From Eledone cirrhosa (lineage: Eukaryota), in contig OZ024759.1 in the NCBI GenBank assembly GCA_964016885.1, positions 13,268,001 to 13,332,000 of the forward strand: a DNA stretch of 64,000 bases, written 5' to 3'. The position numbers and the translations under genes are program-made. Positions 52,310 through 64,000 of this stretch are shown here, in pieces. Each line of letters starts with the position of its first letter. The first letter of the stretch is position 1. A model generated the notes under the pieces. That model was given only the letters and a program-made list of their open reading frames with translations, was not told the DNA's origin and ran no database searches.

Positions 52310-52616
52310 ATATATATATATGTGTGTGTGTGTGTGTGCATGTGTGTTTAACTACTTTTATATTTATTCTTTTTCCTTTCCTTCTTCCTTTTACAGCCTC
52401 ACTTTCATATAGATTATATTTTTGTTTTTAAAATCCACTGTCAATAAATACACCAGGATTTTTCATTCTGATGACTGAAAGCAAATTTTGCTTGCTTTCA
52501 AGAAAGCACTGGTAAATGAAATAATTATCTTATGTTTATTACATAACTAATAAGCTCTGTAACCTACATAGAGCACTCTTTTTGCCTGGACCTTTCCGAC
52601 GGAATTACTTCATATA

Positions 52617-52681
<65 letters not shown>

Positions 52682-52840
52682 GTACGTCAATATATATATA
52701 TATATATGTAGTCAAATTTTCCATCTATCTGAGGGTTCTAAACCCCATTATCAGGCTAAAATTCCTTTAGTCAAAAATATGGTGAAAGCTATTCTATTTT
52801 CTAATTTCAAATCTGCTCACTGTTTCAAAACATACTTACT

Positions 52841-52894
<54 letters not shown>

Positions 52895-52899
<5 letters not shown>

Positions 52900-53400
52900 T
52901 TAAAGGTAAAGACACCCTTTGGTCATGAATGTCCATGGGATTTTCACCTAGAAAGGTCTCCTCCAAAGCGCAATTCCTGGCAAGGTTGATTGTGGAAGAC
53001 CAGCAGTCACCCATGTATACCAGTCTCTCCTCTCCATGTCACCAATGTTGTCCAAGGGAAAGGCTAAGGCTGATACAGCTTGGCACCAGTGACATCGCAA
53101 CACATACACACGCACTATAGACTTACTATATATACACTACATACATTTTATATACACTATATTTAGACTATATATACACTAAACTACGTCACCGATGTTG
53201 TCCAAGGAAAAGAAAGGCAATGGGCCGATACAGCTTGGCACCAGTGATGTTGCAACTTATTTCTACAACTGAGTAAACTGGAGCAATGTGAAATAAAGTG
53301 TCTTGCTCAAGGACACAACACATTACTTGGTCCAGCAATCAAACTCACATCCTCATAATTGCAAGCCCAGCGCTGTAACCACAAAGCTATACACCTTCAC
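52895..53400 (-). mobile_element. CORE SINE variant homologous to 2128-2590
   Basis: Shares the body and the internal insert. Confidence 0.75.
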
Positions 53401-54755
53401 ACACACACATTTAATACTTTTTGCATCTGTCCTGTTTGTTTTATTCTTGACCTTGAAATGTCATGATGGACACACAGTCAAATATCTAGAATGACAGCTC
53501 ACCGACTGACTGCACCAGTTACTCTCTCTCTCTCCTTCTGTTTTGTAGTTTAACCCTTTGACGCATAGAGTTACGCCCCTTTCCATTCTGAGTTCAAATA
53601 CCGCCGAGGTTAACTTTGCCTTTCATCCTTACGGGGTCGATAAAATAAAGTACCAGTAATGCACTGGGTAATTGCTGGCCTTTGCCAAAAGTAGAAACAA
53701 TTACTCTATATTTACTATTGTATTTTTGTGGTAAAGGCTTTATCTTACATAAATATCTCACATAATATCGAATCTACGAGATTTTGATGTTATTTATTTT
53801 GAGAACAATACCTTAACATCAGTGGGTGTGGCCGGTTATGGCTGGTTTGAACAGAAAGAGGTGACGTAATTCTGGATAGATATGGCTAATTTAAATGCTA
53901 AAGGGTTAATGGCTATAAATTAATGTTTTGCCTTTTGTCTCTTCCTCCTTTGGACAGCGTTTGCCTTATGTCAGACACTGTGACCCCATTTGGACCAGCA
54001 GTACCGTTGGTAGGGGTTGTAATTGCCCAAGTCCATCTCAATGACCGATGACCATGGAATTCTGTGTCCTTCGTTTCTATATTTATCTTAAAAAAAATAA
54101 TTTTTTAAGGTTTCCTCTTAAAATATTGTTATTCATTTTGTTTTGACTGCTAGATCCGAAACAGCCAGAGCTCAGCCGTTGGGGTCCTGACTCTTTTCCT
54201 ATTACCCACTCTACTACTCTAAGTATCGAGTACTCTGGTGTGTTATGGTCCACCTGGTATCTTACCACACCCTTTATATATATAAGAAAGAGACGATCGA
54301 CTTTCGTCAAATCGGACTGAGGGAACAATGTTTCCGTTGGTCTTTCCAATTGCTAATACTATCTATCGGTCGCAACTCCAGGTAGAAGGAGCAACGTGAA
54401 ATAAAGTGTCTTGCTCAAGGACATAACGCATCGCCTGGTCCAGGAATCGAACTCACAACCTTACGATTGCGAATCCAATTCTCTAACCAGTCAGCCACAC
54501 GCCTTCACTTTATATATATATATATTTATAAAGTGTATCAAACTAGACAGTTTGTGCTGGTGTGCCGAAATTTCCCACTCGCTCAATGATATCATGGGAC
54601 TTGCATTTCCGAAGTGCCTGATTCAGAGCAGACACAGTTATTAGTGGTAAGTTTGAAACTATGTGTGGGTGTTATATAAGTCAGCCTGGACCAAACGTGA
54701 ATGGTTGGTTTCTTCTCTGCATCCCGTGCAAGGGGTGCAATCAATGCACCCAGTA

Positions 54756-55994
54756 TCTATAATATAATAAAGGGAAGAGTGTGAGACAGTGTCCGTTTTT
54801 TTTAAATTTTTTTTTATCCCGTTAGTAAAATAAGTTGGATTACTTTGAATAAATAATTGTTTCTACTTTAGGCACAAGGCCAGCAATTACCCAGTGTATT
54901 ACTGGTACTTTATTTTATCGACCCCGTAAGGATGAAAGGCAAAGTTAACCTCGGCGGGATTTGAACTCAGAATAGCAAGGGCCAATGAATGAATATTATG
55001 TAATTTATCTACTAAATTTCGTAGCTCTTGACTAAACATAAATATTCTTATATATAAAGTATTGCTTATTTTAAGATTCACTTTAAAATTTTAAAATTTC
55101 AACACTTCCGGTTAGCGTCCGGATTGGCGGTAGAGGATTGGATGCCATGCTTAGCAGCAAAGAGTTACGGCCCTTGCCATTCTGAGTTCAAATCCCGCTG
55201 AGGTTAACTTTGCCTTTCATCCTTACAGGGTCGATGATAAAATAAAGTACCAGTAATGTACTGGGATAATTGCTGGCCTTGTGCCAAAAGTAGAAACAAT
55301 TATATCATAACATGTATCACATCTCTTATATAAGCGTTCATATATTTGCATCGTTATATAAGGTTTATATTTCCATCGATAATTTTCTCCTTTTTCATTT
55401 TCATAACATTTTAGTTTATTATATATATTGTGGCACATGGAGGCACATGGCTTAGTGGTTAGAGCATTGGCCTTGCAATCGAAAGGTTGTGAGTTCAATT
55501 CTCAGACCGGGTGATGTGTTGTGTCCTTGAGCAAGACACTTTATTTCACATTGCTCCAGTTTACTCAGCTGTAGAAATGAGATGATATGACTGGGGTCCC
55601 TATCATTCCACTGCAAAGTGGTCGTGCAGGTGCCACGGCAAAAAAGCACCCAGCACTCACTGTAAATGAGGTTGGTGTTAGGAAGGGCATCCAGCTGTAG
55701 AAATCAAGCCAGAATCAGTTCCAGTCCCACCTTTGCAAGCAGGGAAAAGTGGACGTAAAATGAAGATGAGATGATGATGTTTATATATAGTATCGTCTTT
55801 TTTAATGTATCATGGATTACTTTACTGACTACAGAAGAGAGTGTAACACAGACTTCGTTTAATTTCTGTGCATATTGTCAATTATGATTTCATTTGATGT
55901 ATCATATCTACATGTATATATACTTGCGTATAATATCAATATACACACTACATATGCTAGCAGAAAACTACCCGAAAGGTGGTTTTTCTGCTTG
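54756..55994 (+). mobile_element. Helitron H2 copy carrying three nested SINEs (B- ~54855-54985, B+ ~55120-55300, A+ 55439-55778)
   Basis: A|TCTATAATATAATAA start, body colinear with 43452-44272, and terminal hairpin GCAGAAAACTACCCGAAAGGTGGTTTTTCTGCTTG|T. Confidence 0.7.
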
Positions 55995-56054
55995 TATATA
56001 TTAAACACTTTGTCACATTGTGTTTGTTAAACTTTGGTAAATTTTTACTTTCAG

Positions 56055-56119
56055 AGAAAATCCAGAAAGAATTTTTGAACTGTTTGTAGAAATTGGTAAA
56101 CCCTCAAGTGATAAAGAAG
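56055..56119 (+). CDS. DENND1: Internal coding exon (exon 2 equivalent) of a DENND1/connecdenn-like DENN-domain Rab35 GEF
   Basis: Acceptor ttttactttcag| and donor AAG|gtgaga. The 65-nt exon has a phase 2 start and phase 1 end and reads ENPERIFELFVEIGKPSSDKE. From memory this aligns to human DENND1A (MGSRIK|QNPETTFEVYVEVAYP...) with the same intron position. I found no MGSR-type first exon or exon 3 in the window, which implies very long introns. Confidence 0.75.
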
Positions 56120-56189
56120 GTGAGATAATTATTGTTTAATATTCTCTAAAGTTTGACTATGATATAAAAAAACAAAATTACTGCTGGCA

Positions 56190-57032
56190 CCTATGTAGGT
56201 TTAGCTGGCATCTTATGAGGTTTCTCAGGTGTTTTAATGATAGGGACCCCAGTCCTATCATGTTGTTACAGCTCACACCTATGTAGGTTTAGCTGGTCTC
56301 CTACAAGGTTGTATCTCATAGGTTTCTTGGGTGTTTTAATGATAGGGACCCCAGTCCTATGATGTTGTTACAGCTCACACCTATGTAGGTTTAGCTGGTC
56401 TCCTACAAGGTTGTATCTCATAGAAGTTTTGTTGTTTCAATGATAGGGACCTCAGTCCTAACATGTAGTTGTTACAGCTCTCACCTACAAGGTTGTATTT
56501 CATAGGAGTTTTGTTGTTTTAATGAAAGGGACCTCAGTCCTAACATGTAGTTGTTACAGCTCTCACCTACAAGTTTGTATCTCATAGGAGGTTTCTTGTG
56601 TGTTTTAATGATAGAGGCTCCAGTCCTATCATGTTGTTACAGCTCACACCAATGTAGGTTTGGCTGACCTCCTATGAGGTTGTATCCCATAGGTTTCTCT
56701 GGGTGTTTTGATGATAGGGGCTTCAGTCTTATGTTGTCATTACATCTCACACCAATGTAGGTTTGGCTGACCTCCTATGAGGTTGTATCCCATAGGTTTC
56801 TCTGGGTGTTTTAATGATAGGGGCTTCAGTCTTATGTTGTCATTACATCTCACACCTATGTAGGTTTAGCTGACCTCCTACAAGGTTGTATCTCATAGGA
56901 GGTTTCATGTGTGTTTTAATGATAGGGGCTCCAGTCCTATCATGTTGTTACAGCTCACACCTATGTAGGTTTAGCTGGCCTTCAGTGAGGTTTCTTGTGT
57001 GTTTTAATGAGAGGGGCTCCAGTCTTATCATG
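56190..57032 (-). repeat. ~100-bp minisatellite, reverse complement of the 5285-6003 family
   Basis: ATGATAGGGACCCCAGTCCTATCATGTTGTTACAGCTCACACCTATGTAGGTTTAGCTG units. Confidence 0.85.
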
Positions 57033-57345
57033 AAATGTGTCTAGCTCAAGAAGGGGTGGTGGTGGTGGTAGTAAGCATTTTTAATAGGTGTGGTAACAAT
57101 TATTTAAAGATGAGTAACAAAGTTGAGGAGTTGTCTGAACATCATTTTGGGTGGAAATATTATTTTATTACCAACACACGTGTGTGTGTGTCTTTCTCAA
57201 GATGTGTGTGTGTCTCAGTCTGAATATACACACATATATATATATGTTTGTGTGTGTGTCTGTCTGTATATACATATATATATATATATATATATGTTTG
57301 TGTGTGTGTCTCAGTCTGTATATATATATATAAATATATATATGT

Positions 57346-58512
57346 GGAGGCACATGGCTTAGTGGTTAGAGCATTGGCCTTGCAATCGAAAGGTTGTGAG
57401 TTCAATTCTCAGACCGGGTGATGTGTTGTTTCCTTGAGCAAGACACTTTATTTCCCATTGCTCCAGTTTACTCAGCTGTAGAAATGAGATGATAGGGACT
57501 GGGATCTCTATCATTCCACTGTAAAGTGGTCGTAGAGGTGCCATGGAAAAAAAAGCACCCAGCACTCACTGTAAAGTGGTCGTCGAGGTGCCATGGAAAA
57601 AAAGCACCCAGCACTCACTGTAAAGTGGTCGTGGAGGTGCCATGGAAAAAAAGCACCCAGCACTCACTGTAAAGTGGTCGTGGAGGTGCCACGGCAAAAA
57701 AGCACCCAGCATTCACTGTAAAGTGGTCGTGGAGGTGCCATGGAAAAAAAGCACCCAGCACTCACTGTAAAGTGGTCGTGGAGGTGCCACGGCAAAAAAG
57801 CACCCAGCACTCACTGTAAAGTGGTCGTGGAGGTGCCATGGAAAAAAAGCACCCAGCACTCACTGTAAAGTGGTCGTGGAGGTGCCACGGCAAAAAAGCA
57901 CCCAGCACTCACTGTAAAGTGGTCGTGGAGGTGTCACGGCAAAAAAGCACCCAGCACTCACTGTAAAGTGGTCGTGGAGGTGCCATGGAAAAAAAGCACC
58001 CAGCACTCACTGTAAAGTGGTCGTGGAGGTGCCATGGAAAAAAAGCACCCAGCACTCACTGTAAAGTGGTCGTGGAGGTGCCATGGAAAAAAAGCACCCA
58101 GCACTCACTGTAAAGTGGTCGTGGAGGTGCCATGGAAAAAAAGCACCCAGCACTCACTGTAAAGTGGTCGTGGAGGTGCCACGGAAAAAAAGCACCCAGC
58201 ACTCTCTGTAAAGTGGTCGTGGAGGTGCCACGGCAAAAAAGCACCCAGCACTCACTGTAAAGTGGTCGTGGAGGTGCCACGGCAAAAAAGCACCCAGCAC
58301 TTACTGTAAAGTGGTCGTGGAGGTGCCACGGCAAAAAAGCACCCAGCACTCACTGTAAAGTGGTCGTGGAGGTGCCACGGCAAAAAAGCACCCAGCACTC
58401 ACTGTAAATGAGGTTGGTAGGAAGGGCATCCAGCTGTAGAAATCAAGCCAGAATCAGTTCCCGTCCCACCCTTGCAAGCAGGGAAAAGCGGACGTAAAAT
58501 GAAATGATGATG
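57346..58512 (+). mobile_element. SINE family A with an internal 49-bp unit amplified 18 times (57517-58399)
   Basis: Intact head and tail flank CACTGTAAAGTGGTCGTGGAGGTGCCACGGCAAAAAAGCACCCAGCACT repeats. Confidence 0.9.
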
Positions 58513-58949
58513 ATATATATATATAATGTGTGTGTGTGTGTGTCTTAAAAATGGGTCTGTATATACACATATATATGTGTGTGTGTCTTAAGATATGTGT
58601 CTCGGTCTGTATATACACATATATATATATGTGTGTGTGTGTGTGTCTTAAGATATGTGTCTGGGTCTGTATATACACATATATATATGTGTGTGTGTGT
58701 CTTAAGATATGTGTCTGGGTCTGTATATACACATATATATATATGTGTATGTGTGTGTGTCTTAAGATATGTCTGGGTCTGTATATACACATATATATAT
58801 ATGTGTGTGTGTGTGTGTGTCTTAAGATATGTGTCTCTGTCTGTATATACACATATATATATGTGTGTGTGTCTTAAGATATGTGTCTGTGTCTGTACAT
58901 ACACATATATGTGTGTGTGTGTGTGTGTGTCTTTTTCAAGATATATATA

Positions 58950-59050
58950 CAGGATGTCCCCCAAAAATGTATACGCACTTTAATGACTTGTACAGGCAAT
59001 ATTCATTAGAATATTGTTGAAGTGTGTATACATTTTTCGGGGACACCCTG
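58950..59050. mobile_element. Short Tc1/mariner-type MITE (101 bp)
   Basis: TA|CAGGATGTCCCCCAAAAATGTATACGCACTT ... AAGTGTGTATACATTTTTCGGGGACACCCTG, ~30-bp imperfect TIRs. Confidence 0.65.
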
Positions 59051-59068
59051 TGTGCGCGCGCGCACGCG

Positions 59069-59099
<31 letters not shown>

Positions 59100-59473
59100 A
59101 CGCGCGCGCGCGCGCGCGCGCACACACGTGAAACGGTGATAATTGTTTCTACTTTTGGCACAAGGCCAGCAATTACCCCAACGCATTACTGGTACTTTAT
59201 TTTAACGACCCCGTAAGGATGAAAGGCAAAGTTAACCTCGGCGGGATTTGAATTCCGATCATAAAGGGGAGTAACTCTGTGCTGCAAAGCATTGTGTCTG
59301 ACCCTCTGCCGATACTGCCAAGGTGATGATAATGAAGCAAAGAAATGTTGGGTAACCAATTAATTTACTGATTTACTGACTGTAGTGTAAACAGTTGTAA
59401 ATCACTCCATGACTTGGCTTTCTCAAAGTATTATCAATAAGGAATCAGACGGAGTATCAATATTATAAAGAAG

Positions 59474-60165
59474 GGCGGAGGATTGGCAATATCGGTAGAG
59501 GGTCGGACGCCATGCTTTCCAGCATAGTTATGTCCCTTTACGATCTGAGTTCAAATCCCGCCGAGATTGACTTTGCCTTTCATCCTTACGGGGTCGATAA
59601 AATAAAGTACCAGTAATGCACTGGGTAATTGCTGGCCTTGTGCCTAAAGTAGAAACAAATATTATAAAGAAGACATGCTTTCTAGCATAGTTACGTCCCT
59701 TTACTGTCTGAGTTCAAATCCCGTCGAGGTTAACTTTGCCTTTCATCCTTACAGGGTCGATAAAATAAAGTACCAGTAATGCACTGGGTAATTGCTGGCC
59801 TTGTGCCTAAAGTAGAAACAAATATTATAAAGAAGACATGCTTTCTAGCATAGTTACGTCCTTTTACGATCTGAGTTCAAATCCCGTCGAGGTTGACTTT
59901 GCCTTTCATCCTTACGGTGTCGATAAAATAAAGTACCAGTAATGCACTGGGTAATTGCTGGCCTTGTGCCTAAAGTAGAAACAAATATTATAAAGAAGAC
60001 ATGCTTTCTAGCATAGTTACGTCCATTACGATCTGAGTTCAAATCCCGTCGAGGTTGACTTTGCCTTTCATCCTTACGGGGTCTATAAAATAAAGTACCA
60101 GTAATGCACTGGGTAATTGCTGGCCTTGTGCCAAAAGTAGAAACAATGTTATAAAGAAGACATGA
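59474..60165 (+). mobile_element. SINE family B followed by three 163-bp tandem duplications of its 3' part plus flank
   Basis: CATGCTTT recurs at 59510, 59674, 59837 and 60000. Each unit ends GAAACAAATATTATAAAGAAGA. An inverted family B copy lies at ~59138-59320. Confidence 0.85.
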
Positions 60166-60213
60166 TTTTAAGTATACATCCGGCGGTGGATTGGCAGTAT
60201 CAGTAGAGGGTCA

Positions 60214-60430
60214 GTTTACTGAGCTGTAGAAATGAGATGGTAAGGACTGGGGTCCCTATCATTCCCCTGCAAAGTGGTCGTGGAGATGCCACGGCAAAAA
60301 AGCACCCGGCACTCACTGTAAATGAGGTTGGTGTTAGTAAGGGCATCCAGCTGTAGAAATGAAGCCAGAATCAGTTCCCATCCCACCCTTGCAAGCAGGG
60401 AAAAGCGGACGTAAAATGGTGATGATGATG
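60214..60430 (+). mobile_element. 5'-truncated SINE family A fused behind a SINE B head fragment (60182-60213)
   Basis: Direct motif reading. Confidence 0.75.
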
Positions 60431-60857
60431 ATATATATATTTTCAGAGATTTACCGCATATACCACTGTGGTGTATATATATATATGTGTGTATATATAT
60501 ATGTATATGTGTGTATGTGTATATGTGTATGTATGTATGTATGTATGTGTATGTATATATATATGTATATATATGTGTATGTATATATATATGTATATAT
60601 ATGTGTATGTATATATATATGTATATGTATATATATATGTATATATATATATGTGTGTATATATATATATGTGTGTATATATATATGTATATGTGTGTAT
60701 GTATATGTGTATGTATGTATGTATGTATGTATGTATGTATGTATGTATGTATGTATGTATGTATGTGTATGTATATATATATGTATATATGTATATATAT
60801 GTGTATGTATGTATGTATGTATATGTATATATATATGTATATATATATATGTATGTA

Positions 60858-63343
60858 TGATTTCTTCCTATCCCAACTGGTGCTCGAACCAACGAGGTGC
60901 CACAAAAACGTCCTAGACTTAATTTTCAGCAATCACACTGACAATATCCATAATATTGCAGTGGAGAAAACTCTACTCTCTGATCATGACATGGTTCTCT
61001 GTGATTCCACCGTCCAATATACAAACCCAATGTCATCTCTCCTGTCCATCCGTTTGACGCTATGGATTTCCACAATGCAAACTGGGAAGTGATCAGTCAT
61101 GATCTTGCACATGTCGACTGGTCCTTCACGCACACTCATACACCCACTAACATCAAAAAGTCCTGGCAGACATTTGTGGACACTGTTACAAACATATGTG
61201 CAAAACACACCCCATTAAGAACTATAAACAAATCTAAGAGCAGAATCCCTAGAAATAGAAAAACGCTCATCAGAAAAATTAAGAGAACGAACAAAAAAAA
61301 TCAACAAGCTGAAATACTGTCAGCAGCAACACATCAACTTGACTGCCATTTCATCACTAGAGATTAAAAAACATAACCTCCAAAACAACATAATGTCTCT
61401 CATCAACAATCAGAAGAGCTGAAGAGGCCTGGGCCATTGAGAAGATGAAACTCAATCCCAAAGTGTTCTTTTCATTTGCAAAAAAACACAAAATCACTGG
61501 CTCTACTGTTGGCCCTCTAATTGATGAAAATGGCACTCTTCAAGACAATGCTAAAACCATGGGTGAGATACTGCAGAAACAATACTGCTCTGTTTTCAGC
61601 AATCCTGATATGGCCGATCTGGGCTGTATCGGCGATGTTACTCCCCATTACACCTTATCGGACATAACGTTTGGCGCCCCTGATGTCTTAGCGGCAATAA
61701 AGGAAATCAAGCATAATTCAGCAGTAGGTCCCGATAGGTTCCCTGCTTGTGTCTTGAAGGCGTGTCAACACCAACTTGCATCTCCTCTTGCCAATCTGTG
61801 GCGGAACTCACTGGATGCTGGATATGTGCCAGAAAACCTTCTATCCCAGTCTGTTGTCCCAGTTTTCAAAAAAGGAAACAAATCCCTTGCCGTGAATTAC
61901 CGTCCAATCTCACTCACCTCTCATATCATTAAGGTATTTGAGAGAGTGGTGAGATCGCGAATGACCCACTTCCTTGAGAGTAACAATATGCTGAACTCCA
62001 ACCAGCATGGATTCCGTAATGGAAGGGATTGCCTGACGCAGCTACTGCATCACTTTGATGACATTTTGAGAGCCTTGGGAGAGGGTTCCAACACTGATGT
62101 TATCTACCTTGATTTCAGCAAGGCCTTTGACAGGGTTGATCATAACATTCTACTGAGAAAACTGTCCAATATTGGTGTCACTGGAAAGCTGCTGCAGTGG
62201 ATCAAGAGCTTCCTGTCAAACAGAACCCAACATGTTGTAGTTGAAGGAGTCAAATCCAGCCCAGCCGAAGTCAGTAGTGGGGTCCCACAAGGCACTGTGT
62301 TGGGCCCACTTCTCTTCATCATCTATATTAATGACATCACTGACATCATCAAACACAGCAACATTAAAATTTTCGCTGATGATTCCAAGCTCCAAAAGGT
62401 CATCAATGGCGTGGATGACCGGATAAGCCTTCAGTCAGACCTACTGGCTGTTACCCAATGGGTGGAAAAGAACATGTTACTGAACGAAGACAAATTCGAA
62501 CTGATCCACTTTGGAAAAGAGGATGCTCTGAAACTCCCATACTCCCTTCCCTCCGGGGAAACTCTCGTGGCATCTAACAACATCAGAGACTTGGGAGTAA
62601 CCGTGGACAGCAACATAAGCTGGGCCACGCATATAAGCAGCAAAGTTGACATGGCCCGCAGAATGTGTTCCTGGATCCTCAGAACCTTCCAGTCGAGAGA
62701 TTCCCACACCATTATCCTTCTCTTCTCTACTTTTGCCCGACCACACCTTGAATACTGTTGTCCACTGTGGTCTCCCCACACGAAACAAAGTATCATGAAA
62801 CTTGAAGCTCCTCAAAGGGCAATCACGAAAAAGATAGATGGCATGTCAGACCTTGACTACTGGGGTCGACTAGAAAAGCTGAAACTTTACTCACTCCAAC
62901 GTCGCCGTGAGCGTTATATTATCTGCATGATGTGGAAAATGTTCCATCATCACTGCCCAAATGATGTTGGCATCGCCTTCAAGATACACCCAAGGCTTGG
63001 GCCCCGTGCTATCCGTCCCATACAAAAATCTAAATCGCAACTCATAACAACAATACGGCACAATTATTTCACCTCAATTGGCCCTGCTCTCTTCAACATC
63101 ACACCAGGACATGTCAAAACAGAAACTGACCACACAAAATTCAAGAAGTCTTTGGACAAATTCCTCCAAGTAATCCCGGACAAACCACCCACACCCGGAT
63201 ATGTCTCCGCAAACAGTAATTCGCTTCTCGAATGGGCCATGGTGCCCAAATCCTGAATTGAAAGACTTCGCCAGGTGGTGCTATTAAGTTAGACATGGCC
63301 TGGGCCAATACTGGCCAAAACATTTCAAAGTTATTCAAAGTTA
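60858..63343 (+). mobile_element. 5'-truncated CR1-group LINE: end of APE endonuclease, RT, and short 3' UTR
   Basis: EPTR...VLDLIFSN...LSDHDMV (APE C-terminus), then frameshifts and a stop at ~61040-61425. The 603-aa ORF has NYRPISL, YLDFSKAFDRV, GVPQGTVLGP, FADDSK, DLGV and RPHLEYC. Tail is AAAGTTATTCAAAGTTA. Confidence 0.92.
61445..63256 (+). pseudogene. Reverse transcriptase ORF2 portion of the CR1-group LINE
   Basis: The RT domain is open but disconnected from the upstream endonuclease by frameshifts and a stop. Confidence 0.85.
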
Positions 63344-63475
63344 TATGTATGTATATATATATATATGTATGTATATATATATATATGTATGTATATATGT
63401 ATGTATGTATATATGTATGTATGTATATATATATGTATGTATATATATATGTATGTATATATATATGTATGTATG

Positions 63476-63511
<36 letters not shown>

Positions 63512-63547
63512 TATGTATGTATGTATGTATGTATATATATGTATGTA

Positions 63548-63691
63548 TAATGGTCACAAGTGTAGTCTTTGTACCAGAGTTTTCAAGTCGCTGGCTGGAC
63601 TAAAAAGTCACACTCGTTCAGCTCATCGGTAGGGGTTCTCCTACATGGATATAAAGTAGTGGCCGTACTCGAAAACGAGTTGGCAGCCACC
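63548..63691 (+). mobile_element. 5'-truncated copy of the C2H2-tail retroelement (cf. 19767-19910)
   Basis: Near-identical 144 bp, embedded in (TATG)n. Confidence 0.8.
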
Positions 63692-64000
63692 ATGTATGTA
63701 TGTATGTATGTATGTATGTGTGTGTGTGTATATGTATATATATGTATGTATGTCTATATATATATATGTATGTATGTATATATGTATATATATATGTATG
63801 TATGTATATGTGTATATATGTGTGTATGTATGTATATATGTATATGTATGTGTATGTCTATATATGTATATATGTATGTATGTCTGTATATGTATATATA
63901 TGTGTATGTCTATATATATATGTATGTATGTCTGTATATGTATGTGTATGTCTATATATATATATATGTATGTCTATATATATATATATGTATGTCTGTA

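Noticed and set aside
53959-54009. Possible small exon after a pyrimidine tract (GGACAG| ... TTG|gtaggg)
   Set aside because: Weak donor and no recognisable coding similarity.
2128-57032. Large inverted segmental duplication (2.1-6.0 kb versus 52.9-57.0 kb)
   Set aside because: The shared elements are individually inverted but their order is not reversed, and the intervening DNA is unrelated; these are independent repeat copies.
7644-64000. Long low-complexity ORFs (poly-YI, poly-V/M, poly-P/T/H; e.g. 8247-9284, 23997-25094, 27361-28518, 32554-34176, 49765-50982)
   Set aside because: They are translations of microsatellites that lack stop codons, with no splice or domain evidence.

Overview
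AT-rich, extremely repeat-dense animal genomic DNA. The SINE, MITE and microsatellite landscape suggests a coleoid cephalopod such as Octopus; this is an inference. It appears to be almost entirely intron of one + strand gene. The only host exon I can support is a 65-nt internal exon (56055-56119) encoding ENPERIFELFVEIGKPSSDKE, which matches exon 2 of DENND1/connecdenn-type Rab35 GEFs. The rest is: two 5'-truncated LINEs (an RTE-type element with a PHD finger inside its RT, and a CR1-group element), LINE fragments, dozens of tRNA-derived SINEs, TTAA-flanked piggyBac-like MITEs, non-autonomous Helitrons, microsatellites and minisatellites, many of them grown from pieces of these elements. Nearly all ORFs in the supplied track are microsatellite artefacts. 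The main findings are: two adjacent long foldbacks at 17.1-18.0 kb carrying four hammerhead-ribozyme-like motifs (Penelope-type); a possible HDV-like ribozyme at the 5' end of a bipartite RTE-derived element; a candidate poison/alternative exon upstream of the DENND1 exon; and several local foldback inversions that would form intronic dsRNA.
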